64,000 nucleotides of DNA, from the NCBI RefSeq assembly GCF_006345805.1, contig NC_042997.1, positions 211,978,001-212,042,000 on the forward strand, written 5' to 3'. Shown piece by piece: positions 13,301 to 24,604 of the stretch. Positions within the stretch are counted from its first letter, which is position 1. Each line of letters starts with the position of its first letter. A program made the position numbers and the translations under genes. Source of the stretch: Octopus sinensis (lineage: Eukaryota). The notes below the pieces were generated by a model, which saw nothing but the letters and a program-made list of their open reading frames with translations, was not told the DNA's origin and made no database searches.

Positions 13301-16000
13301 ATTGATAAACAGAAACTAAATTTACAAATCAAGTGTTTAATCATTTATGTTTTGGTATTTTTCTCATCGAAATATTTTCTCATCTGTCTAGTGAAGAATA
13401 TTATTAATGCTATTGACGGCAACCATAAAAGACGACAGGGGAAAAATACTTGCTAATTTGTTGCTTTTCTTTCATAGGAAATGGACTGCCATTGCTCGAC
13501 TGTATTTCATTAGGATGAAAAACTATTTGCAGTTGGTCTCTTTGCAAGTTAGGTTTAGCATAAATAAATATATGGAGACGATGGGTGGGGTTTAAAATAT
13601 CTTAATATAGCTTGGATGTTGTTTTGCAATTTTTTTTTTTTTTTTGCTAAACATGCTCTCATGAAATAAATCTTATTTTGTTGTGTGTTACGAAAACTAA
13701 AAATAATTTCCTATATTCCTAAACATGAAATATTTGTGTACTTTAAAAACTGATTTCAAGAAAAACTAAGCGAAAAAGTGAAACCTTTCTTTATATAAAT
13801 TTAAAAATTATATTTTAAAGACAATAACTGTAACTAAATAAAAAATAAACAATAATTCTAGTTTGGGACAATGAAAATATTGGCCCTTTGTAGCAGATTT
13901 TAATTTATTATATTTTGTATAATATTAAAATGTTATATCTGTGTGTGTGTGTGTGTGTGTGATAAATCATGTGTAAAGTAGAGAGAATTGGGTATTCTAA
14001 TGATAAAACAAAACCAAAGAGTTTCTAAGAGAACAAATGTCTAATGCTGCATGTGTGAGCAATTTTGAAAAGGTGTTTAATACCTTTACAATGTCTGCTA
14101 GTAGTTTTGTCAGAAGAAAAGACAAAAAGAAAATCTTATAATAACCAAAATAGACCCCAGCACCAATTGTGACATAACAGGGTCTTCTTCTAACAACTTC
14201 AACAGTAGTAATTTTTACATCATACGTGTGTGTGCGTGTGTGTGTGACAGAAACGGTCATTACTTTTCTGCTCTTGTATAAACAGACACAATTTTTTATG
14301 GAATTTGGATGCAGTTATTCTGAAAGACATCATTTGTTTGAATGTGAATTGTTCATGAAACTTCTGTTTGAGGCTATAATTTAGGGCTGTTTCCCCCACC
14401 ATTCCCGATTATTCAAATAACTTTTTAAGTACCATTGTCTTCCCCCACAGATTATAAAATTTGTTCTATTGAATAAACCCCAGATTTGATCCATACATGA
14501 TCCATGACCACTCTAACCCACAACAACAAATATTAAAAGAAAATTACTAAAAATCTCAAACTGCTGCCAACCCCCTCCTCCTATTCCGTTCTTGATTTGC
14601 TTTCAAACTTTAAAGAAATACACCCAAAAGTACTTCCTGTCTTTAAGCAACAAACTTTTACTCTAAAACCATTTCTAAAGCATTCTGGGATATTACCGAG
14701 GTCTCTTACAGCCTTGATAAATTCATCTGATGCCATAAAATAAAGATGAACTTCTTACACTAACATTCCATTTATGTTCATACATGTAAAGGTCTTCTAT
14801 ATATTGTGTGTGTGTGTGTGTGTGTGTAATTAGTAAGTTCAAAGTTGATTGTCATGAGATAACGAGGTAAAGACATGAATAAAAAGAAGCAGGGACTTAA
14901 TTAACTTGTGAAAGAAGAAGAATCTCGAGACAAACTAAAGTCATATGGAATGTTAGCAAGAAGGCTCCAAATGAACCGGAGTAATTATTAGGTTTGTTTG
15001 CATGGACCCAGGAGCTAATATTAGTGACTCAAAGTTCAGTGGGGCAGGTCTGTATTATTATTATTATTACTACTACTACTACTTACATTAAGAATATAAA
15101 GAATTGAACATAATCAAAATGGCCCAAATTGGCAAATAATAAAAAGTGGGTAAAGCCATTGGCTTCTGAAAAATATTGTTAAAATAAGAACATTTTTGGA
15201 ATGAAGAATCTTTTGGAAAAATGAACACCAAACTGAATTTGCTTTTTACTGATTTTTTTGTCTTCCTAAGTCTGAGTAAATTTATCTGATTAGAGGCAAG
15301 ATTCAGTTCCTTAATTTCTAAGAAAATTAAAGTTTTAAAACTTCCAATGTTTATATTTAACAAATGACATCTAAATGAAATGTAAGGCTGCAATAATTAT
15401 CCAATTAGCAGACAACAATCGTATTTCAATAACTGGCCGTATATGAATGAGGTGAGAATTGCGAAAGAGGAGATCAGGTACCACTGGCAATGCCAACAGG
15501 GCTGCCGCCAACGTATCATTGGCACATCAATATTATAGAATTGATCTGCTGGAATTGAATGGAATACAACATTGGTTTTGGAAATAATTCCACTTTTGAA
15601 TATTTCAGTCTCATATCCAAGACACTCAGATTATTATTATTATTATTTTTCTTCTTCTTTTCTTTCAGAAGTGGCTCCAGTTTGAAGCTTAATATACAAC
15701 AAATCAAGCGTAGAAGAGGATGGAGGTTTCTTTCATAATTACGGGGAACATTTTGGGGAGTTTAATAGGACATAACAATGAGAAATGGGGGTGGGTGGGA
15801 GGGCAACGTGAGGCCAGAAGTGAATGTTGTCTGCATGACGTCAACAATCGGATGATGATGACGTTGATGACACGAGCCTCACCTTTTTTGGTTTATACTG
15901 ACTATGTAGAATTTACTTCTTTCTACCAGTTATAACAACAAAAATAAATTCACTGGTGATCATATCACAGTACTATGAGTGCTATACATTAACAGTTGGA

Positions 16001-16046
<46 letters not shown>

Positions 16047-16454
16047 GATATTTTATCGTGGCTATTACACTTGCCAACAGTAAGCTAAGAGGAGGGGGAG
16101 TTAATTATAAGAAGAAGCGGGAGGAACAGAAGACCCAGTGTCCACCTGAGAAGCATGATTTACTAAACACTGCTTAAAAGCTATTGGAGGGGAAAAGAGA
16201 AAGAAAGAAACAAAAAGAAAGTGGAGGAGGAGGAGGAGGTGGGGTAGATGTTTAGATTAATTGGGGTGCAATAATTGTTTTGCACTCACCCAATCTGTGG
16301 TTGGCACTACTATTTAATTAATGGTTTTTATCATTTGGGGTGTCGTTTAGTTTGTTTGGCAGTGAAATTCTACCAGAACATTCTGTCTCGTTTAACACCA
16401 CAAAACCACCATCGTTATTTGTTGTGTGTTTTGGCGCTGAGCTCAACGATGTTT
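10370..16454 (-). other. Putative long (~6 kb) 3' UTR of Cds
   Basis: AT-rich and lacks the SINE/LINE families that are dense elsewhere. It ends at a minus-strand AATAAA (10399-10394) followed by a U/GU-rich tract (ctttggtgtctcttttctttc). Confidence 0.55.
10394..10399 (-). promoter_or_regulatory. Candidate distal polyadenylation signal
   Basis: AATAAA, a CA about 15-20 nt downstream, then a U/GU-rich element. Confidence 0.45.
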
Positions 16455-16587
16455 CTACAACATAGAGTCGGTTGCATTGATCAGGTTGCCTTCCATGAGC
16501 GTCTTGTGCAACAGGTTGTACACGTGCAGTTGTTCGTCTGGTTTAAGCATCAGAATGTTTTGAAGAATCTTCTGTGGGTTATGGAGC
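16455..16587 (-). CDS. Cds: Cds last coding exon ([43 protein letters not shown])
   Basis: Acceptor tatttcag, completes the phase-2 Arg codon; L.PDEQL motif; TAG at 16457-16455. Confidence 0.93.
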
Positions 16588-18932
16588 CTGAAATAGGAGA
16601 AGAGAAACAATTAATGGTAGATTCTACAGACACACACACAAACGGTTCTCTAATGTAGTCAAACGACCTGCTGGAAATAGTAGCCAAGTACCCCTTTAAC
16701 CACATCTATTAAGAAAAGGGAACCTGAGATAATAGTTTTGGTTGCATTGACCGAAAATACAAGACATAGTGGAGGTTGGAATAATTCAACCGTAACCGCA
16801 GCCATCCCCAAACTATACAACAACACAGTTGTGGGGAATATAATAAAGATAGTGGCTGTGTGGTAAGTAGCTTGATTACCAACCAGATGGTTCTGGGTTC
16901 AGTCCCACTGCATGGCACCTTGGGCAAGTGTCTTCTACTATAGCCTCGGGCCAACCAAAGCCTTGTGAGTGGATTTGGTAGATGGAAACTGAAAGAAGCC
17001 CATCGTATATGTATATATATATACGTGTGTGTGTGTGTGTGTCTGTGTTTGTTTCCCCCCCCCAAAAAAAAACATCGCTTGACAACCGATGCTGGTGTGT
17101 TTACGTCCCCGTAACTTAGCGGTTCGGCAAAAGGCACCGATACAATAAGTACTAGGCTTACAAAGAATAAGCCCTGGGGTCGATTTGCTCGACTAAAGGG
17201 TGGTGCTCCAGCATGGCCACAGTCAAATGACTGAAACAAGTAAAAGAATATAAAAATAACAACATTACTACTAATAATAACAATGATGTTGATGGACGAC
17301 TCTACCCTCGAATACAACAAACGAGCATTCAGCTTTTGCTGAGCGACCTCCACAGAGGATTTCGTTTAGAGTGGTCAAGTGCTTGGGCCACACAGAAGCT
17401 CACACTCGCCTTCAAGTCAATGTTGTTTGAACAGGTGCACACTGTGCCATGCGTCAGGTGTCAAAGTGATCGCAGAGCAATGTGGAATGAAGTGTTTTGC
17501 TCAAGAACACAAGGCACCGCTCGGTCTAGGAATTGAACCCACGAACTCACAATTGTGAGTGCAACACCGTAACCACTGGGCCATGTGCCACCCTCATAAT
17601 AATAATGGTTTCGTGGAGGCGCAATGGCCCAGTGGTTAGAGCAGCGGACTCGCGGTCATAGGATCGTGGTTTCGATTCCCAGACCGGGCGTTGTGTGTGT
17701 TTATTGAGCGAAAACACCTAAAAGCTCCACGAGGCTCCGGCAGGGGATGGTGGTGATCCCTGCTGTACTCTTTCACCACAACTTTCTCTCACTCTTACTT
17801 CCTGTTTCTGTTGTACCTGTACTTCAAAGGGCCGGCCTTGTCACTCTCTGTGTCACGCTGAATATCCCCGAGAACTACGTTAAGGGTACACGTGTCTGTG
17901 GAGTTCTCAGCCACTTGCACGTTAATTTCACGAGCAGGCTGTTCCGTTGATTCGGATCAACCGGAACCCTCGTCGTCGTAACCGACGGAGTGCTTCCACA
18001 CCAATAATGGTTTCAAATTTTGGCTCAAGGCCAGCAATTTTGGAGGAGGGGGTAAGTTGATTACATCAACCTCAATATGCAACTGGTACTTGATTTACTG
18101 ACACCTAAAGGATGAAAGGCAAAGTTGACCTTGGTGGAATTTGAACTTGGAATGTAAAGACAGACGAATGGTCACTAAGCCATTTGCCTGCCTTGCTAAC
18201 AATTCTACCAGCTCACTTCCTTTTTTATTCCCCACAATAATGATAACATTGTTGTGGCGAGTAAAGAAGAAAGAACATGTATGATAATTGACATGGCAAG
18301 CCCCAATGACAACAGGATCAAAGAGAAAGAAGAAGAAGAAATAAACAACTATGACGATTTAAAGTGGGAAATACGATGAGTGTGGTCAATGAAGAGAGTA
18401 GACGTGATCATCATCATCATCGTTTAACGTCCGTTCTCCATGCCAGCATGGGTTGGACGGTTCGACCGGGGATCTGGGAAGCCAGAAGGCTGCATCAGGC
18501 CCAGTCTTATCTGGCAATGTTTCTACAGCTGGATGCCCTTCCTAACGCCAACCACTCCGTGAGTGTAGTGGGTGCTTTTTACATGCCACCCGCACAGGTG
18601 CTAGGCGAGGCTGGCACGGTCAGATTGGTGTTTTTTACGTGCCACCGGCACGGAAGCCAGTCGAGGCGGCACTGGCATCGGCCACGATTCGGATAGTACT
18701 TTTTATGTACCACCAGTCCAGTGATACCAATAGGAATTGGTGTACTTGGAAGTATCAGCACTCAACTACTAACATGACTGAAAAAGATTGGTACAAGTGT
18801 GAAGGTAGGACACCTACAAAAATCAGCACTGATTGGATGTGCAAGAATTCTTCACAGGGTTCTTGAAGCATGACCAGTTAACAAGTGTTACCTTAGTCTT
18901 CTGGTTGTGGACAGCTGACACTTTCCAGCAAA

Positions 18933-18969
<37 letters not shown>

Positions 18970-21900
18970 GTAATAATAATCCTTTCTACTAAAGGCACAA
19001 GGCCTGAAATTTGGGGGAGGAGACTAGTTGATTACACTGACCCCAGTGTTTCACTGGTACTAAATTTATCACCCTCCCCCCCAGGATGAAAGGCAAAGTC
19101 AACCTCAGCAGAATTTGAACCTGGAATGTAAAGACAGACGTAATGCCACTAAGCGTTTTGCCCAGCGTGTTAACGGTTCTGCCAGTTTGCTGCCTTGGGT
19201 GAGAGTAGTGTAGCATGGTCAGGTTAGGCCCTTGACAAGTGAAAAGTTCTTAATGCATGTTGACTGAGCAGAGGTCATTATTGATGCAATCTCCAGCCTT
19301 AACAACACAATGCTTACACACACATACACACACTTGAATGACATGCAAAGAGAAGACAGAGCGAATCCCATGCATAAAACCTCCCACACAAACTACACAA
19401 ACAAAACAACATACAAAATATGGGGTGCATTCAAAAAGTCTGCAACTTTATTTTGGGCTAATGTGACGTATGCAAAATCATTTGCGGTGGAGATGAATGC
19501 ACCCTTCCTCTGCATACCTGTCACTTTCCGGCCATTACACCTAAAGTGCAGATGTGCAGAGGTGCACTCGTCAAATTTACATTTTCACTGAACACATCGA
19601 GCAGAGATATTGCATCAAGTTTTGCCAAAAGCTTGGTAAGACTCCAGCTCAAACCACCGAGAAGATCCAGCAGGTTCAGTGAAAACAGAATCTGATAATG
19701 AGTGCACCTCTGCACATCTGCACTTTAGGTGTAATGGCCGGAAATTGACAGGCATGCAGAGGAAGGGTGCATTCACCTCCACCCCAAATGATTTTGAATG
19801 CATCCCATATTTTGTATGTTGTTGTTGTTTTGTTTGTGTATTTTGTGTGGGTGGTGTGAGAGGTTTTATGCACGGGATTCGCTCTGTCTTCTCTTTGCAT
19901 GTCATTCAAGTGTGTGTATGTGTGTGTAAGCATTGTGTTGTCAAGGCTGGAGATTCCATCACTTTTACCTCTGCTCCGTCAACATGGATCCAATATTAAA
20001 ACAACATTAAGACCTTTTCACTGAATCTTGAACAGTTTTAATACTAAAATACAGAAAAACTACCCAAAATAGATAATCTGAAAGAAAGTAGACCATTTTA
20101 GTAGAGCCAATTCTAAGACAATATGAAGATTACTAACATATAAATAGCTAAACTGGTACAGATTGCTATCTCACAGAAATAGTTGTTCAATAAAGCTACA
20201 ATTGATAATATTTAGCAAAGTTTGTTTGTTTTTTTCAGCCTGATATTTCTGCATCTATTTGCAAACATTTTCTTTTCCAAACAACTACTTAAAGACCACA
20301 ATCATACTTCCATCAATTTTTCTTCTCCAAACTGAATCAGTCCCACATTCATCTATCATGGGGAATGGTAAAATCCCGTCAACATCTAAACCAATACTAT
20401 TTCTCTCTTTTGGAGCGAAGAATGAGCAGGAAGAGTATTCCAAGGGTTGGAATCTCTGCCTTTTTCACTGCGTCTCTACCACTCAACCATTTCATTAATG
20501 GTTGTTGTCCAGCACAGGGGAAGCACTCCGTTGGTTACGACGAAGAGGGTTCCGGTTGATCCAAATCAACGGAACAGCCTGCTCGTGAAATTAACGTGTA
20601 AGTGGCTGAGAACTCCACAGACACGTGTACCCTTAACGCAGTTCTCGGGGATATTCAGCGTGACACAGAGAGTGACAAGGCCGGCCCCTTGAAATACAGG
20701 TACAACAGAAACAGGAAGTAAGAGTGAGAGAAAGTTGTGGTGAAAGAGTACAGCAGGGATCACCACCATCCCCTGCCGGAGCCTCGTGGAGCTTTAGGTG
20801 TTTTCGCTCAATAAACACTCACAACGCCCGGTCTGAGAATCGAAACCGCGATCCTATGACCGCGAGTCCGCTGCCCTAACCACTGGGCCATTGCGCCTCC
20901 ACTGTCCAGCACAGCAGACAATTCCAACGAATTACCCTGAAACGTATTCTTTGAAGGTGTCTACTTTAGAACATACAACATTTCAACTATTTGTGGAAGA
21001 CTGAAACGAGAGGCTTACCTAATAAAGCTTGTATAGTAAACATGGATGAATGTAGCCATAAGGAACTGGCAGTCGAATCGATCCATGATTCCTCCATGTC
21101 CTGGAATGATGTCACCAAAGTCCTGTAACAACAACAAATAAAAAAAATTAAAACAAACATAAAACAACACTCACTTTATTTTATTCTCCTCGTTTAGCCA
21201 TTTCCATTTTGTTCTTGGCACCAAATATTCCTTGAAAGATTTTATTTACATATAAAAAACCGTGCAGCATTTGGAAGTGGAAGGGCTTTTGATACAACGG
21301 TGTCCACATCTCACACATGAAAGGCAGAAGGTACAAAACAATACTGCAGCATACGCGCACACACATGTACAGTAACCCTTCTTGGGCCCCACTGCCTTGA
21401 GGGAAAAGTACATCTTGGGGTGAAGGGTAACCCCTCTTCTACTGTGCTATGATGGATTCTGCTTTGTGTATTCTGGACAGTAGTTAGAGAGCGAGTAGGA
21501 GGCTTGCTTGGGGCTTGTCTTGATGGCTTGACAAATTTATGTCCATGTGTATCATCAATATCATTTAACGTCTGTTTTCCATGCTGGCATGGGTTGGAAG
21601 GCTTGACAGGAACCGGCAAGGCCAGGGGCCACACTAGGTTCCACGGTCTGTTTTGGCTCAGTTTCTATGGCTGGATGTTCTTCATAATGCCAACCACTTT
21701 ACAGAGTGGCTCTGGTCACCTTTATGTGCTGCTATCACCTGTGTTTTGTACATGACAAATACACACAAACATAATTATTTCATGCTGTGTCTGGAGAGAG
21801 TCATTCTTTTTTTGTGCCTTATAATGTAACAAACTCACCAGTAAAATTTCCACTTTTTTCTTATTTTTATCTTCCTAAAGTTTTCGTAGCGTCTTGCAAC

Positions 21901-24466
21901 CTTTTCAATAGTTTTGAGTCAAAATAGTTTTGTGGCGCACCTGAGCACTGTGTACAATAATTTCATTATTATTATTATTATTATTATTATTTTTAAAACT
22001 ATTGAAAAGGTTGCAAGACGCAACGAAAATTTTAGGAAAATAAAAGTAAGAAAAAAGTGGAAATTTTACTGGTGAGTTTGTTACATTATAAGGCACAAAA
22101 AGAAAATGACTCTCCCCACACACAACAGAATATGCTTCAACACATGAACTCATATAAAGAATCTTGCAAACCAAATCCAAAAACGAAATGTAATTATTTC
22201 ACTTAGCAATACAAATAACCCGGTGTTAGAACTTAATATTCATGTTGCAGAACGAAGCGTCAGTCGAGTAGAGAGCAGTAACAAGAGAGTAGAATGGCAA
22301 ACGAATAAGAGATTATGCCATGGACTTCATTATCTCACCGTGGTTTCTGTTTTAGGATCAATACTCTTGCGAGCTGAATGCTTGGCTACTATAACCCTAT
22401 CGCTTCAAACAAAACATCATCATCAGTAAGGCGATGCTGGTAACGATCCCGCTCGAATGGTGCCTCCTACATGCCACCGGCACGGAAGCCAGTTTTGCTG
22501 CTCTGGCAACGATCATGCTCAGATGATGCTCTTAGCACCCTACTAGCACAGGGCACAGGTGCCAGTAAGGTGACGCTAGTAATGATCCCGCTCAAATGGT
22601 GCCTCCTACATACCACCGGCACGGAAGCCAGTTTTGCTGCTCTGGCAACGATCATGCTCAGATGATGCTCTTAGCACCCTACTAGCACAGGGCACAGGTG
22701 CCAGTAAGGTGACGCTAGTAATGATCCCGCTCAAATGGTGCCTCCTACATGCCACCGGCACGGAAGACAGTTAGCCGCTCTGGCAACGATCACGCCCGGA
22801 TGATGCTCTTAGCACCCTACTAGCACGGGGCACAAGTGCCAGGAAGGCGAAGCTGGTAACGATCACACTGGAATGGTGCCGTTTTACGTGCCACCGGCAC
22901 ATTTATTCCATTCTTTTGTCATTCTAATTTCTTTATATTTCATTGTGATCGTTATTGAACGGCAGCCTTCCATGTTAGCCTGGGTTGGATGGTTTGACAA
23001 AATACAACAAGCTGGATGGCTGTGTCAAGCTTCCATGCATGTTTCTGGCTGGAAAGCATTTGACTGACACCAACCCAGGGGACTGGCTGCTGCTGCTTCT
23101 CATGACACCAGCATTAGTGAGATTGCAGCACAAAGAATAAGAGCCCTTAACAGAGTGTCGGGTTGTGGTAGAGGTGGGAGGGGGCTAAAGTATGATCGAG
23201 GGATCATCATCATTCATCATTGTTCGACCGTGGTCGAGACAATGGAATTTACCATGCTACGCCAGACTTCACGGTCCATCATAGCATTACGGAGGTCGTG
23301 TTGCTGGATGCCTGTATCCCTGGAGATTACATCAGGGTAGGAGAGTGTGCACCCTCTGGTATCGCGAGCAGATGGCTTCCAGAGGAGAAGAGTAGAAATT
23401 ACCTCGTTTTCAGCTCTACAGTGTTGCTGTGGGAAAGATACAGGGACACTCAGCATCACATGAGGGTGAGAGAAGTGAGGAGGGAGACAAAGAGGTGCCA
23501 GGGACAGACAGAATATGAAGAAAGGGTGGAGTAGGGCTGTGTGAGAGGTGTGTGATTGTTGTGGCTGAAGAGGTAAATATCAGTATGGGGTTGGGGTGGA
23601 GATCGGAATAGGAGTGGACGACAATTGGCTGGAAGGATGGAGAGCAGCAGTAGACTTGTAGGAAGCAGGGAAGATAGATATGTGGAGTGGGTGGAAGAGA
23701 TGGAGGTGAGAGGCACATAGGAGTGCCTGTAGGGAGTGGGGAGCAAAGGGGAGGGGGTATGTCAGCAACAAATATGAGAAGGTGCAGGAGAATAACCAGG
23801 CATGGAAATCGGAAGATGTAGCTCAGAGGAGAGGGAAAGATAATTGGGGTGGCGGGGTGGGTGATCTAGAAATATAATTTTAATGAATAAAAATTAACAA
23901 AAAGCAAATTTTTACGAACCTTGATTTTGAAAGCTCTTTTAAAACCACTGGCAAAGAATCCTCCGAAGGGTCCAATTACGGATGCAAACAAGGACAAGGA
24001 GATACTATGTAACATAAACGGGTAGGTTCGAAGAGTACGATAGGGAATGTGCAACTGGAATGGAAAAAATAATATAATTTTATACATACTTAAATATATA
24101 TATATATATATATATATAATATAATGATATAGAAAGAAGCACATAATTCACAGAGATATGGATGGATGTGTTGTGAAGGTCTAACAGCAAAAGACAAATA
24201 TTGGAAACCGAGTAAGCAGCAATTTCAAATGGGCCCTTGTGGTATTTGTTCTGCAGAAGTTGTACAGACAAATCCTCGTCAGAAATACAATGAAACAATG
24301 ATCTTCTCAGTAGAAACCAACAGCTAACTATGTAATTGTTCAAAATAGTTTCTGCTTTAACATAACCTCTTTCTCTCCATATTTTAAAGGAACAATATTT
24401 TCTGGAAACTAACGCATTGTGACCAGCGATCTGTAGCAACATCTGATAGCCTGGTTGGTCACAGTG

Positions 24467-24534
<68 letters not shown>

Positions 24535-24571
24535 GTGTGTGTGTGTGGTGTGTGTGTGTGTGTGTGTGTGG

Positions 24572-24604
<33 letters not shown>

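Noticed and set aside
17613-17690. tRNA gene
   Set aside because: The tRNA-like A/B boxes continue into a 380-bp body duplicated at 20521-20902, so this is a SINE head with no proper cloverleaf.
22424-22900. Regular repeat array as a CRISPR
   Set aside because: Contiguous 139-bp units with no unique spacers, eukaryotic context and no cas genes.
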